In this document: piece after piece, positions 29,411 to 40,573 of the stretch
Layout: each line of letters begins with the position of its first letter
Position numbering within the stretch: the first letter of the stretch is position 1
Assembly: GCA_964406585.1 (NCBI GenBank)
Contig: CAYOSK010000001.1
Span: 5,191 to 69,190 of the forward strand
Length of the DNA stretch: 64,000 nucleotides
Direction: 5' to 3'
Source of the DNA: an uncultured Octadecabacter sp.
GTDB taxonomy: Bacteria > Pseudomonadota > Alphaproteobacteria > Rhodobacterales > Rhodobacteraceae
The notes under the pieces: generated by a model
What the model was told of the DNA's origin: nothing
Database searches by the model: none
The model's input: the letters and a program-made list of their open reading frames with translations, nothing else
Position numbers and translations under genes: made by a program

Positions 29411-30370
29411 TTAGCACGATGCGAGCGCCCGTGAGGCTGCCCAAAGCGCATCGGGCACATCGATTTCGCCCATCGGTTCACGGTTTTGGCCCGGGATACG
29501 CGTGCCGTCTTGGGCCGCAACTGCATCGGCGACCCGTGCAAGCCGCGCTGCAAAATCCGCACTCGGTTCCATCAGGATATAAAATTGCCCAAGATCGTGG
29601 GGTTTGCCATCGGGCAGCTTTAGGCCGCTGACGTCCAGCGAATTGACCGATCCTGTCATGCCTGCGGCCAACACTTCGGCCATAAGGCCAAAACCCCACC
29701 CCTTATACCCCCCTGCACTGATAAGTGCGCCTTTTAGTGCCGCGTTCGGGTCGGTTGTGTCTTGGCCATTTTCATCCACTGCCCAGCCTAGCGGAATCTG
29801 TTCCCCCGCGGCCTTCGCCATCGTGATTTTGCCGAGTGCAACGGCAGAGGTGGAAAAATCCCAATGCATTCCGCCATCGGGCAACGACATCGAAATTGGA
29901 TTGGTCCCAATCACTGCCTTGTTTCCGTTCGGGGGTGCCACAACGGGGGACGCATTGGTGAAACCGATCCCTACCAAACCTGCCGCCGCGATTTGTTCTG
30001 TAAAGAAGCCAAGCGATGTGCAGGTATGGGCATGTGCAACAGCAAGGGTCGCGACGCCGTTTTCACAGGCCGCATCTATGGCTTGGGGTAAACCACGGCT
30101 AAACGCAGGTTGCGCAAACCCGAAACGGGCATCGGCAATGACTTGGCCCGATTTGGGGCGGCTGATCACGGGGTCGACCTGTCCGTCCACTCGTCCAGAC
30201 GAAAGCTGGGTGCAATAGCTTTCAAGGTAATACAGCCCACAGATCACATTGCCGAACGCTTCGGCACGCGCGACCGCACGCGCAACTTCGCCCGCTTGCC
30301 ATGATCCAGCGCCATGCGCGATCATCGCGGCCTTGGCGACCTCTTCGATTTCAGAAACAAAAACCTTCAT
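29411..30370 (-). CDS. Ldh_2 family (malate/L-lactate/sulfolactate-type) oxidoreductase
   Basis: IGTNPI, DFSTS and GGYKGWG motifs. Confidence 0.85.
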   Translation of the reverse strand: MKVFVSEIEEVAKAAMIAHGAGSWQAGEVARAVARAEAFGNVICGLYYLESYCTQLSSGRVDGQVDPVISRPKSGQVIADARFGFAQPAFSRGLPQAIDAACENGVATLAVAHAHTCTSLGFFTEQIAAAGLVGIGFTNASPVVAPPNGNKAVIGTNPISMSLPDGGMHWDFSTSAVALGKITMAKAAGEQIPLGWAVDENGQDTTDPNAALKGALISAGGYKGWGFGLMAEVLAAGMTGSVNSLDVSGLKLPDGKPHDLGQFYILMEPSADFAARLARVADAVAAQDGTRIPGQNREPMGEIDVPDALWAASRALASC

Positions 30371-31044
30371 TCGATCAACCCTGCTTCCAGGCGCACCGTT
30401 CTATCCATGCGCGCCGCGAGTTCCAGATTATGCGTTGCGATCAACGCCGATAGGCCTGACCCACGCACCAGTTCCATCAAAGCATCAAACACCCGATCCG
30501 ATGTACCGGGATCAAGATTGCCTGTCGGTTCATCTGCCAAAAGCAGCTTTGGCTTGTTGGCCAAAGCACGACAGAACGCCACGCGCTGTTGCTCCCCCCC
30601 CGAAAGCGCAGCAGGGCGGTGATCTGCCCGATCTTTCACACCAACACGACCCAGAAGGTCCAAGGCATGTGTTTCAGCATCTGTCGGATCAATACCATTC
30701 GCCAACTGCGGTAAAACGATATTTTCCACTGCACTGAACTCGGGCAAGAGGTGGTGAAACTGATAGATGAAACCAACGTCATTGCGTCGCACCGATGTGC
30801 GTTTACGGTCGCCCAACTTGGTCAGGTCTTCGCCTGCAATTGCAACCGTTCCAGTATCGGGTGTGTCCAAAAGGCCCGCGATGTGCAGCAGCGTGGATTT
30901 GCCTGATCCCGACGGCGCAACCAGCGCCACAACTTCGCCTTTGGCCACTTGCATCGACACGCCGCGCAGCACCTGAACCTCGTTCGGTTTGCCGTGATTA
31001 TAGGCCTTTTTTAGACCATCAACATGCAGGGTGACATCACTCAT
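30367..31044 (-). CDS. lolD: Lipoprotein-releasing ABC transporter ATP-binding protein
   Basis: [27 protein letters not shown] and DEPTGNLD motifs. Confidence 0.93.
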   Translation of the reverse strand: MSDVTLHVDGLKKAYNHGKPNEVQVLRGVSMQVAKGEVVALVAPSGSGKSTLLHIAGLLDTPDTGTVAIAGEDLTKLGDRKRTSVRRNDVGFIYQFHHLLPEFSAVENIVLPQLANGIDPTDAETHALDLLGRVGVKDRADHRPAALSGGEQQRVAFCRALANKPKLLLADEPTGNLDPGTSDRVFDALMELVRGSGLSALIATHNLELAARMDRTVRLEAGLIE

Positions 31045-32353
31045 AGCGCAGGGCCTCAACCGGGTTCATGCGCGCCGCGCGCCGTGCAGGAAAGATCGTG
31101 ACGATCCATGACAGAGACAAAGACAACACCACGGCTGTCATGACATCCCCAAATTCCAGTTTCGATGGGATGTCATAAATTCCCCGAATAGACGGGTCCC
31201 ATACGCCGCCCCCAGCTACGTAGTTCACGACTGCAAAAATTGTGTCGATATAAAGGGCGAACAAGCAGCCAAGGATCACTCCAAGAATGGTCCCGATCGT
31301 TCCTAGCCCCGCACCACAGATAAAGAAGATACGCAAAACAGACCCTTCCGACAGCCCCATCGTGCGTAAAATTCCGATATCGCGACCTTTGTTTTTCACC
31401 AGCATAATCAGGCCGCTGATAATGTTCATTGACGCAATCAGGACAAGAATGGCCATAATGACAAACATCACATTGTCTTCGACAGTTAGCGCACGCAGGT
31501 AAGCCCCTTCGTTGTCTTTCCATGAATACAGAAAACTCTCAGGGCCCAGTTCGCGGTACAAGGGTTGTATCCAGTCTTCGACGCGGTCGGGATCGGCAAC
31601 GTAAATTTCAATTTCATCATGCACCCCGTCACGGCCAAAAAACCTTTGGGCGTCTTCCAGTGGCAGGTAAATTCGGCTGATGTCGGTCAGGTAGCGGCCG
31701 GTTTGGAACACGTAAGACACATCAAACGCGACGCGACGCGGTGACCGCCCCGCCGCCGTTTGCACCCCTGTTGCCGACAACAGATTGATCCGATCCCCCA
31801 CGCGCACCCCCAATGCACGGGCAACACCCGAACCTAGTGCAATACCTTGTCCGAAATCATCGATGGCCCCAGATGACGATTGCGGGTTCATCACCAAGGG
31901 GATGTCTTTCAGATCGGATTGCGAAATACCGTAGACCTGAACAAATGACGATTGATCAGCTTGGGTGGCCAAGGCCTCGGCGCGTACAATTGGTGCGGCA
32001 CGCGTGATACCATCAAGACCGCGCAGTTGGGTGGCCAACGCATCCCCATTTGCGATGGTGTCGATATTGCGCGTCACATCGACAGATTGATCCCCTTGGG
32101 TCACGGTCACTGTTTCAATGTAATTTTGGCGCACGGTCAGATGTGCGTTCGCCCCAACGATTGTATCGACAAAATCAGCACGAAACCCGCTGCGAACGGC
32201 CAGCACGGCTATCAAGGCAAAAACAGCCAGCGTCACCCCGATCAGCGAAATCCACGTCATAATACTGACGCCACCCGTTTCACGTTTGGCGCGCATGTAA
32301 CGCCACGCGATCATCCATTCAAATTTCGCGAAGGGGGCAGTTTTTCCAGCCAT
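31037..32353 (-). CDS. lolC: Lipoprotein-releasing ABC transporter permease (LolC/E type)
   Basis: [21 protein letters not shown] and [17 protein letters not shown] motifs. Lies between proS and lolD. Confidence 0.88.
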   Translation of the reverse strand: MAGKTAPFAKFEWMIAWRYMRAKRETGGVSIMTWISLIGVTLAVFALIAVLAVRSGFRADFVDTIVGANAHLTVRQNYIETVTVTQGDQSVDVTRNIDTIANGDALATQLRGLDGITRAAPIVRAEALATQADQSSFVQVYGISQSDLKDIPLVMNPQSSSGAIDDFGQGIALGSGVARALGVRVGDRINLLSATGVQTAAGRSPRRVAFDVSYVFQTGRYLTDISRIYLPLEDAQRFFGRDGVHDEIEIYVADPDRVEDWIQPLYRELGPESFLYSWKDNEGAYLRALTVEDNVMFVIMAILVLIASMNIISGLIMLVKNKGRDIGILRTMGLSEGSVLRIFFICGAGLGTIGTILGVILGCLFALYIDTIFAVVNYVAGGGVWDPSIRGIYDIPSKLEFGDVMTAVVLSLSLSWIVTIFPARRAARMNPVEALRYE

Positions 32354-32356
32354 ATC

Positions 32357-33709
32357 TTAGCCGCGCCCAAGGCCGTGAGCGCGGTAGATATCGGCAATCT
32401 TCGCGATTGCGGCGTCCGGCGTCAGTTCCTCACTGTCACCTGTCTTGCGCGATGTTAATTCAACGACCCCATTTTTAAGGCCACGGGGACCAACCGTGAT
32501 CCGCCACGGCAGACCGATCAGATCCATCGTACCAAACTTGGCCCCCGCCCGTTCTTCACGGTCGTCATAAAGCGCCTCAAGGCCCAGCGCGGCCACTTGA
32601 TCATAGAGCGTCTGACAGGCCGCGTCGGCCTCAGCGTCGCCTTGCTTTAGGTTTACGATGCCAACGTGGAACGGTGTCACGCCTTCGGGCCAGATGATGC
32701 CCTTGTCGTCATGGCTGGCCTCAATAATCGCGCCCAAAAGCCGCGATACGCCGATGCCGTGGCTTCCCATATGCACGGGTGTTGGTTTTCCGTCTGGCCC
32801 CTGTACCGTCGCACCCATGGCTTCGGAATACTTGGTGCCAAAATAGAAAATTTGCCCAACTTCAATCCCGCGCGCGGTGCGCTGGCGTTCGGCAGGAACG
32901 TCAGCAAACAAAGCCTCATCGTGGGTTTCATCCGTGCGGGCGTATTTGGTGGTGAATTCCTCCAGCACGGCCTCGCATTGGGTAACATCGTCATAATCAA
33001 TCGCACGGTCGCCAAAGGTCAGATCGGTGACAGCGCTGTCATAAAACACCTCTGATTCACCTGTTTCTGCCAACACGAGAAATTCATGGGTATAATCGCC
33101 ACCAATCGGTCCGCCGTCTGCGCGCATCGGGATCGCTTGCAAACCCATGCGCTCATAGGTCCGCAGGTAGCTGACCAAATGACGGTTATAGGCGTGCAGC
33201 GCGTCTTCTTTCGTCAGATCGAAATTGTAGCCGTCCTTCATGTAGAATTCACGGCCCCGCATAACCCCAAACCGAGGGCGGCGTTCATCACGGAATTTCC
33301 ATTGGATGTGATATAGAGTTAGCGGCAGCGATTTGTAGCTTGCGACATGACTGCGGAAAATGTCGGTGATCAGTTCTTCGTTGGTCGGACCATAGAGAAG
33401 ATCGTTCTTGTTGCGATCTGTGATCCGCAGCATTTCATCGCCGTAGTCGTCATAGCGGCCACTTTCGCGCCACAGGTCAGCCGACTGAATCGTTGGCATC
33501 AACATTGGGACGTGCCCCGCGCGTTCCTGTTCTTCGTGAACGATTTGTTCGATCCGCTTAAGAACCTTGAACCCAAGAGGCAGCCACGAATAAATCCCTG
33601 CGCTTGATTGCTTAATCATCCCGGCACGCAGCATGTACTGGTGGCTGACGATGGTCGCGTCGCGTGGGCTTTCTTTGAGAACAGGCAGGAAGTAGCGGCT
33701 TAGGCGCAT
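32357..33709 (-). CDS. proS: Proline--tRNA ligase (short alphaproteobacterial form)
   Basis: [32 protein letters not shown] and GIEVGQIF motifs. Confidence 0.96.
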   Translation of the reverse strand: MRLSRYFLPVLKESPRDATIVSHQYMLRAGMIKQSSAGIYSWLPLGFKVLKRIEQIVHEEQERAGHVPMLMPTIQSADLWRESGRYDDYGDEMLRITDRNKNDLLYGPTNEELITDIFRSHVASYKSLPLTLYHIQWKFRDERRPRFGVMRGREFYMKDGYNFDLTKEDALHAYNRHLVSYLRTYERMGLQAIPMRADGGPIGGDYTHEFLVLAETGESEVFYDSAVTDLTFGDRAIDYDDVTQCEAVLEEFTTKYARTDETHDEALFADVPAERQRTARGIEVGQIFYFGTKYSEAMGATVQGPDGKPTPVHMGSHGIGVSRLLGAIIEASHDDKGIIWPEGVTPFHVGIVNLKQGDAEADAACQTLYDQVAALGLEALYDDREERAGAKFGTMDLIGLPWRITVGPRGLKNGVVELTSRKTGDSEELTPDAAIAKIADIYRAHGLGRG

Positions 33710-33829
33710 GGGATCACTTTCAAATAGGGTTGTCCGAGGTTTAGCAGACCCCAGCACAGGGGCAAGCCACACGCAGACATGCGCCGTCTAGATCAAACAT
33801 TTCCGCCGATAACAGGTTCGTCATGACGC

Positions 33830-33855
33830 TGACCCAAACACAATTCAGCCCCGTA
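33830..33855 (+). promoter_or_regulatory. Possible ECF sigma (RpoE-type) promoter
   Basis: TGACCC-N16-CGTA, one mismatch to the TGATCC..CGTA type motif, about 40 bp upstream of the fasciclin gene. Confidence 0.4.
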
Positions 33856-33894
33856 TGTCTTTGCATAACACAACCAACACAAAGGGATATCAAA

Positions 33895-34407
33895 ATGAAA
33901 ATGATCAAAACAATCACCGCTGCTGCCGCAGTTACTGTTGCTGGTTCCGTTGCATCCGCCGCAACCATCACTGAAATCGCCGCCGCGGACGAGCGGTTTT
34001 CGACCCTTGTCGCGGCCGTGACTGCTGCGGGTTTGGCTGATACCTTGGCGGGGCCAGGCGAATTCACCGTATATGCACCTGTGAACGATGCCTTTGCTGC
34101 TTTGCCGGATGGCACGGTCGAAACGCTGCTACAGGAAGAGAACCTTGGCCAGCTAACAGATATTCTGCTGTATCACGTCGATGATCGTGAACTGATGGCG
34201 TCGGATTTTCCGGCTGGGTCGAACTATTTCAAACCGATCAACGCGACCGAGCGTTTGTGCATCACGTCTGCATCCACTGGCGTAACCATCGCCGATGGAA
34301 CCGGTGAAACAGCAAACGTGATTATCGCAAATATCGAGGCCGACAATGGCGTAATCCACGTCATCGACAAAGTATTGCTGCCCGGCACGCGCCCCGCTTG
34401 CCACTAA
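33895..34407 (+). CDS. Fasciclin (FAS1) domain exported protein
   Basis: Signal peptide, FTVYAPVNDAF, ILLYHV and NGVIHVIDKVL motifs. Confidence 0.92.
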   Translation: MKMIKTITAAAAVTVAGSVASAATITEIAAADERFSTLVAAVTAAGLADTLAGPGEFTVYAPVNDAFAALPDGTVETLLQEENLGQLTDILLYHVDDRELMASDFPAGSNYFKPINATERLCITSASTGVTIADGTGETANVIIANIEADNGVIHVIDKVLLPGTRPACH

Positions 34408-34444
34408 CACTCCCAAAATCAGCATTGATCTTCGACTTAGCACG

Positions 34445-34477
34445 AAAGACCCGCTGCGCTTTGCAGCGGGTCTTTTT
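34445..34477 (+). terminator. Rho-independent terminator
   Basis: AAAGACCCGCTGC-GCTTT-GCAGCGGGTCTTTTT. Confidence 0.85.
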
Positions 34478-34534
34478 GTTGCAAATGACGCGGGGCTGGG
34501 CCAAGTAAGACAGACACCCAACGAGAGGACGATC

Positions 34535-35662
34535 ATGGCCCTGCCGTCTCAAAAACAAACCCAGTATTGGGGCATAGCCACAGCGATCTTGGTCTTTTTG
34601 CTTTGGGCCTTGGGCGAGGTTTTGACACCTTTTATTCTCGGCGGTGCGATCGCGTATTGCCTTGACCCTATTGCTGATCGGCTGGAAAACTGGGGTCTTA
34701 GCAGGATAATGGCCACAATCGTTATCACGCTTTCAGCTGTCCTGATTTTTGTGCTGATCTTTCTACTTGTGGTGCCAACACTGATTGGCCAACTCGGGCA
34801 GTTGATCAGCCAAATTGGTGAATTCATTCAAAATCTCCCGCAGACTTGGGAGTCGTTAAAGGCTTGGCTTCAAGGCCGTTTTCCCAACCTTGATCTTCAG
34901 GGTGACTTTATGCGCCAGCAACTTACGGCCCTTGGCAGTGCGGTGCAGGCGCGGGGCGGCGACCTTGTCACAGCATTGCTTAACTCGGCGCAGGGCATCC
35001 TGAATGTCATTGTGTTGGTCGTGATTGTCCCGGTTGTCACGTTTTACATGTTGATGGATTGGGACCGCATGGTCGGACAGATCGATGATCTTTTGCCACG
35101 TGATCACCAAGAGACGGTACGCACGCTGGGCCGTCAGATTGACCGCACTTTGGCGTCATTTATCCGCGGCCAAGGAACGGTCTGCCTTATTCTTGGAACC
35201 TACTACGCAATTGCACTTGGGCTGGCGGGCCTGAATTTCGGATTAATTATTGGCTTCATTGCAGGGCTGATTTCGTTCATTCCTTATGTTGGCGCACTGG
35301 TGGGCGGTGTCTTGGCTGTTGGCTTGGCATTGATCCAATGGTGGGGCGGCACCGAAATCGTCGATGGGCAAACAGTTGATGTGGCCACAAACTGGCTGCG
35401 CATTGGGATCGTTGCGGTGATTTTCGGAATTGGGCAATTTTTTGAAGGTAACATTTTAACCCCAAACCTAGTTGGGAATTCCATTGGCTTGCACCCTGTT
35501 TGGCTGATCCTTGCACTTTCCGTTTTTGGCAGCCTGTTTGGGTTTGTGGGAATGCTTGTCGCGGTGCCGATTGCGGCGATCATTGGTGTGATGGCGCGTT
35601 TCTTGATAGGTGAATATAAGGTCGGGCGATTGTACAAAGGTACAACCGGAACTGACGGCTAA
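34535..35662 (+). CDS. AI-2E/PerM family transporter
   Basis: IAYCLDP, FIRGQ, FIPYVG and EGNILTP..VG..IGLHP motifs. Confidence 0.9.
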   Translation: MALPSQKQTQYWGIATAILVFLLWALGEVLTPFILGGAIAYCLDPIADRLENWGLSRIMATIVITLSAVLIFVLIFLLVVPTLIGQLGQLISQIGEFIQNLPQTWESLKAWLQGRFPNLDLQGDFMRQQLTALGSAVQARGGDLVTALLNSAQGILNVIVLVVIVPVVTFYMLMDWDRMVGQIDDLLPRDHQETVRTLGRQIDRTLASFIRGQGTVCLILGTYYAIALGLAGLNFGLIIGFIAGLISFIPYVGALVGGVLAVGLALIQWWGGTEIVDGQTVDVATNWLRIGIVAVIFGIGQFFEGNILTPNLVGNSIGLHPVWLILALSVFGSLFGFVGMLVAVPIAAIIGVMARFLIGEYKVGRLYKGTTGTDG

Positions 35663-35663
35663 C

Positions 35664-36335
35664 ATGGATCGCCAACTGGCCTTTGATTTGCCCAATAACG
35701 TGCGACTGGGTGAAGATGACTTTTTCGTTTCGGCGGCAAACGAACAGGCCTATGCGATGGTGCATGCCCCTCAGGCTTGGCCAGACGGCAAACTCGCGCT
35801 GATCGGACCGTCCGGTTCGGGTAAGACCCATCTTTCACGAGTTTTTAGCGCGCAAATAGATGCAGTGATCCTGTCCGCAAATGCACTTGAACCAGACGCG
35901 CCCTTACCCGAAGGCCCCACCGTCATCGAGGACACCGATGAATTGCCCAAACGTTGCGAAGAATGGTTGTTTCACACTCATAACCATCTGCGCGCGCAAC
36001 GTCTTCCGTTCTTGATCACAGGCCGGTCCGCGCCCGCACGTTGGTCGATCACGCTACCTGATCTCGCCAGCAGACTAAATGCAGCAACGACAGTCACGAT
36101 TGGTGACCCCGATGAACCACTATTGACGGCCGTTCTTTTGAAACACTTTGCCGACCGCCAATTGGCCCCAGCACCGGATGCGACGGCTTATATGATTAAA
36201 CATTTGCCGCGGTCTTTTGCGGCCGTTCGCGAAACCGTTGACGCGCTTGATCGCGCAGCCCTTGCGCAACGAAAGGCACTGACACGACCATTTGTGCGCA
36301 CTGTTATGGACTCCTTGGGCGCGCTTGATCCATAG
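35664..36335 (+). CDS. hdaA: DnaA regulatory inactivator HdaA
   Basis: QLAFDL clamp-binding motif, GPSGSGKTHL and LPDLASRL. Confidence 0.85.
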   Translation: MDRQLAFDLPNNVRLGEDDFFVSAANEQAYAMVHAPQAWPDGKLALIGPSGSGKTHLSRVFSAQIDAVILSANALEPDAPLPEGPTVIEDTDELPKRCEEWLFHTHNHLRAQRLPFLITGRSAPARWSITLPDLASRLNAATTVTIGDPDEPLLTAVLLKHFADRQLAPAPDATAYMIKHLPRSFAAVRETVDALDRAALAQRKALTRPFVRTVMDSLGALDP

Positions 36336-36374
36336 TGACACCTTCCCGTCACAAACCAATGACACAAGGCGCTG

Positions 36375-38543
36375 ATGACACAGGCAGATTTTCTAAAGTC
36401 CGACTTCCCCAAGGCGCAGGCGCCAGATGGGGACATGTCCGGCCCGGCGCGGTTTTTCAATCGCGAACTCAGCTGGCTGGGATTCAATTGGCGCGTTGTA
36501 GAAGAGGCCGAAAACCCCCGCGTGCCCCTGTTAGAACGTCTGCGTTTCTTGTCGATTTCTGCGACGAACCTTGATGAATTCTACACCGTCCGTGTCGCGG
36601 GTCTTCGTGAATTGGCGCTAGAAGGTAACACAGCCCCTTCTATCGACGGTCTCACACCGCGCGAACAATTGGCCCTTATTGATCTGGATGCGCGCAGCCT
36701 GCTTGCCCGCCAACAAGACGTGTTTGTTGATCTGCGCGCCCAAATCGAAACCCAAGGCATCAAAATTTTGTCTCGGCACGAATTGACACAGACCGACCGA
36801 ACCTACCTGAAGGATGTCTTTTTCAATCAGGTATTTCCTGTTTTATCTCCTTTGGCGATTGACCCTGCACACCCGTTCCCGTTTTTGCCCAACGAGGGTT
36901 TTGCGCTCGCACTGGAACTGGAACGCAGCAAAGACAAGCGATCATTACGCGCCCTTCTGCCTGTTCCCCAACAGATTGACCGCTATATCCCTGTACCGAG
37001 CGTTGATGGCGCGCGGTTCTTGCCACTCGAAGAATTGTTAATGGCCAACCTAGATGGGTTATTTCCTGGGTATAAGGTCAAAGGATCATGTGCCTTTCGT
37101 GTCCTGCGCGACAGCGATCTGGAAGTAGAAGACGAGGCCGAAGATCTGGTGCGTGAATTTGAAACCGCGCTAAAACGTCGCCGCCGCGGCGAAGTTGTAT
37201 CGATGCGTGTGTCCGCAGGGGCCCCAAAAGGTCTTCGCAAACTGATCATGGACGAACTCCACGTGACAGAAGATGAAGTCGTTGAAATTGACGGCATCAT
37301 CGGGATGGCCGACCTGAAAGAACTGGTCCTAGATGATCGCGCCGATCTGTTGTGGCCGCCCTTTGCTCCGCGCGTGCCAGAACGGGTGCAGGACCATGAC
37401 GGTGATATGTTCGCTGCCATTCGTCAAAAAGATGTTCTGCTGCACCACCCTTATGAAACCTTTGATATGGTTGTGCGGTTCTTAAACCAAGCGGCGACTG
37501 ATCCTGATGTGGTCGCGATAAAACAAACGCTTTATCGGACGTCAAAACGCTCCCCTATCGTCGAAGCGCTCTGTGCCGCGGCTGAAGACGGCAAATCGGT
37601 CACTGCGCTTGTTGAATTGAAGGCGCGCTTTGACGAAGCCGCCAATATTCGCCAATCCCGCCGACTAGAACGTGCGGGCGCTCATGTTGTTTACGGGTTC
37701 TTGGATCTGAAAACCCATGCCAAAATCAGCACCGTCGTGCGCCGTGAAGGCAATCAGCTTGTTACATATACCCACTACGGCACGGGCAATTATCACCCGA
37801 TAACTGCGCGCATTTATACGGATCTGTCGTTCTTCACTTGTGATGCTGCCCTCGGGCGCGATGCCACCAAAGTATTCAATTATCTGTCTGGTTATGTTCA
37901 GCCCGAAAATCTTGAAAACCTCTCAATTTCTCCGATCTCGCTGAAGGCGTCCCTGCTGTCCATGATCGCAGCAGAGGCCGAACACGCACGCAAAGGTAAA
38001 CCTGCGGAAATTTGGGCCAAAATGAACAGCCTTGTCGAAGAAGACGTGATTGATGCGCTGTATGCGGCGTCTCAAGCGGGTGTGAAAATTAGCCTTGTGG
38101 TGCGCGGTATTTGCGGGCTGCGGCCGGGCATCCAAGGTCTGTCTGACAACATTCGCGTCAAATCAATCGTGGGACGTTTTTTGGAACATTCGCGGATTGT
38201 GTGTTTTGGCAATGGACATGGGCTGCCGTCCAAAAAAGCGCGCGTGTTCTTTTCCAGTGCAGACTGGATGGGGCGAAACTTGAACCGGCGTGTCGAAACA
38301 TTGGTTGAGGTCAACAACAACACCGTCAAGGCGCAGATCGTCAGCCAAATTATGGCCGCCAACCTCGCGGATGTCGCCCAAAGTTGGATCATGGGGCCCG
38401 ATGGTGGGTTCGCACGCGCCGAGGTTCCAGAAGGCACCTTTGCCTTCAATTGCCACCGCTTCTTTATGGAAAACCCGTCCTTGTCTGGCCGTGGATCAGC
38501 CGGGGCAGCAGATGTTCCCAAATTGACGCACACCGCAGATTGA
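36375..38543 (+). CDS. ppk: Polyphosphate kinase 1
   Basis: NRELSWL, HHPYE, ELKARFDE, KTHAK and GRFLEHSR motifs. Confidence 0.96.
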   Translation: MTQADFLKSDFPKAQAPDGDMSGPARFFNRELSWLGFNWRVVEEAENPRVPLLERLRFLSISATNLDEFYTVRVAGLRELALEGNTAPSIDGLTPREQLALIDLDARSLLARQQDVFVDLRAQIETQGIKILSRHELTQTDRTYLKDVFFNQVFPVLSPLAIDPAHPFPFLPNEGFALALELERSKDKRSLRALLPVPQQIDRYIPVPSVDGARFLPLEELLMANLDGLFPGYKVKGSCAFRVLRDSDLEVEDEAEDLVREFETALKRRRRGEVVSMRVSAGAPKGLRKLIMDELHVTEDEVVEIDGIIGMADLKELVLDDRADLLWPPFAPRVPERVQDHDGDMFAAIRQKDVLLHHPYETFDMVVRFLNQAATDPDVVAIKQTLYRTSKRSPIVEALCAAAEDGKSVTALVELKARFDEAANIRQSRRLERAGAHVVYGFLDLKTHAKISTVVRREGNQLVTYTHYGTGNYHPITARIYTDLSFFTCDAALGRDATKVFNYLSGYVQPENLENLSISPISLKASLLSMIAAEAEHARKGKPAEIWAKMNSLVEEDVIDALYAASQAGVKISLVVRGICGLRPGIQGLSDNIRVKSIVGRFLEHSRIVCFGNGHGLPSKKARVFFSSADWMGRNLNRRVETLVEVNNNTVKAQIVSQIMAANLADVAQSWIMGPDGGFARAEVPEGTFAFNCHRFFMENPSLSGRGSAGAADVPKLTHTAD

Positions 38544-38591
38544 CTCCAATCCAGACGGTCTGCATGGTCTTTGCACCACGTCGGGGGGCCT

Positions 38592-40163
38592 ATGGACGGA
38601 CAACACGAAAACGGCGCTGACCAGCCCGATTGGGGGCCGTTCGGGCGCCCACTGTTTGATGACGCGAAGGCGCGCGGTTTATCGCGGGTGGGTGTGATCG
38701 ATGTTGGGTCAAACTCTGTCCGCTTGGTCATATTTGATGGCGCGGCGCGATCCCCTGCCTATTTCTACAATGAAAAAATCATGGCCGGATTGGGGGCCGG
38801 GATGGCGGATACGGGTCGCCTGAACCCCGAAGGCCGCAAGCGCGCCCTTTCGGCAATGCGCCGGTTTGTGGCATTGGCCAAGGGATTGGGCATTGGGCCC
38901 CTGACGGCTGTCGCAACGGCCGCCGTGCGCGAAGCCGAAGATGGCGCAGAGTTTCGCGAAGATGTGTTGCGCGAAACCGGTCTAAAAATCTGGGTGATTG
39001 ATGGCCAAGAAGAGGCGCGGTTGTCCGCACAAGGCGTTTTGCTGGGTTGGCCGGGCAGTTACGGACTGGTCTGCGACATCGGCGGATCGTCTCTTGAACT
39101 TGCAGATCTGTTTGAGGGCCGTGTCGGCCGGCGCGTAACATCCGCCCTTGGCCCCCTAAAACTGCGTGAAATCAAAGGCAAAAAGAACCGCAAGACCTAC
39201 ATCAAAGACACGGTTGCCGACCTGTTTGACCGAATGGGCAACGAAACCGGTAAGCGATTGTTCCTTGTTGGGGGATCGTGGCGCGCAATCGCGCGGATCG
39301 ACATGGAACGGCGCGGCTACCCGTTAACGGTGCTGCATGAATATCGCATGACAGCGAATCGTTTGGCCAAGACCATTCAGTACATTGAACAAAGCGATAT
39401 CCAAGACCTTCGCGCGCGATGCGGAATTTCTGACAGCCGTATGGCGTTGGTGCCTGTGGCAATGCACGTCCTGCGCGCGATTGTGACACGTTTCAAACCC
39501 AAGGACATCACGGTGTCCAGCTATGGTATCCGCGAAGGTCTGTTGTATGAACAAATGCCGACAGAGCTACGCGAACGCGACCCACTCATCGAAGCCTGCC
39601 GATTTGCAGAGGCCAAAGATGCCCGCCTGCCGGGTTTTGGGCGGACCTTGTACCATTTTGTAATGCCTCTTTTTGGGCGTGCCGGGCCCCAACGCAAACG
39701 GATCATCAAAGCAGCCTGTTTGCTTCATGATGTCAGCTGGCGCGCCCATCCCGACTACCGCCATGAAGTCGTGTTCGACAACGCAACCCGTGCCAATTTG
39801 GGTGGGTTGAAACATTCCGAACGGGTCTATTTGGGCATTGCACTGCTGCATCGGTACACCAACAAACGCGAAGGATCGCGTTTTGATGAGATGTTCGGCC
39901 TACTGGATGCGCGCGAACAACAAAGCGCCGAAGTGTTAGGCAAAGCCATGCGGTTGGGCGCGATGTTATGGATAAAAGCCGACGAACAGCCCGGTGTTTT
40001 GAAATATTCGGCAAAGTCCAATCGCCTTGAACTAACCCTCAAAGAGGCCGCATCGCCGCTGTTTGGGGAAGTTGCGCTCGCGCGGTTCAATGCCCTTGCC
40101 AATGCTTTGAACGCTGAAGGCATGGTTCGGGTTAAAGGCGCTCGACGTCCCAAACCAGATTAA
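38592..40163 (+). CDS. ppx: Ppx/GppA exopolyphosphatase
   Basis: IDVGSNSVRL, ATAAVREA, DIGGSSLE and GIREG motifs. Confidence 0.92.
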   Translation: MDGQHENGADQPDWGPFGRPLFDDAKARGLSRVGVIDVGSNSVRLVIFDGAARSPAYFYNEKIMAGLGAGMADTGRLNPEGRKRALSAMRRFVALAKGLGIGPLTAVATAAVREAEDGAEFREDVLRETGLKIWVIDGQEEARLSAQGVLLGWPGSYGLVCDIGGSSLELADLFEGRVGRRVTSALGPLKLREIKGKKNRKTYIKDTVADLFDRMGNETGKRLFLVGGSWRAIARIDMERRGYPLTVLHEYRMTANRLAKTIQYIEQSDIQDLRARCGISDSRMALVPVAMHVLRAIVTRFKPKDITVSSYGIREGLLYEQMPTELRERDPLIEACRFAEAKDARLPGFGRTLYHFVMPLFGRAGPQRKRIIKAACLLHDVSWRAHPDYRHEVVFDNATRANLGGLKHSERVYLGIALLHRYTNKREGSRFDEMFGLLDAREQQSAEVLGKAMRLGAMLWIKADEQPGVLKYSAKSNRLELTLKEAASPLFGEVALARFNALANALNAEGMVRVKGARRPKPD

Positions 40164-40537
40164 AGATCAATGACATCTCCGCCTGAATCATCTTCGGATC
40201 GCGGCAAATATGGCGGCGCATCCGTTCGGCGTCGGATGATGATATCACCGTTTGGCAAAACCTCGGGCGCCTCATAATAGCGCACGGAATCAAGTGTTTG
40301 AATCAGTTCCATCAGCGCCGGTCCCATTTCAGACGCAAGCATTTCAAGCGCAGGTTCGATTTCCGCCGCGAGGCCGCTGAATTCATCAATGGCTGGCTCC
40401 ATTTCAGACATCAATCCGCGAAACAACAACCTCGCCCCCTCTTCCATGAGGGAAAATCCGTCTTCGACTTCTCCGTCCTCTTGGGCAAAGGCGGGCATCG
40501 GAAGGGCAAGGCAGGCGATTAGGACAAACTGTTTCAT
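40160..40537 (-). CDS. Exported hypothetical protein
   Basis: Signal peptide and YEAPEVLPNGDIIIRR C-terminal motif. Confidence 0.7.
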   Translation of the reverse strand: MKQFVLIACLALPMPAFAQEDGEVEDGFSLMEEGARLLFRGLMSEMEPAIDEFSGLAAEIEPALEMLASEMGPALMELIQTLDSVRYYEAPEVLPNGDIIIRRRTDAPPYLPRSEDDSGGDVIDL

Positions 40538-40573
40538 AGCCCTAACATAGGGGCACATGGCCAAAACCCCAAA

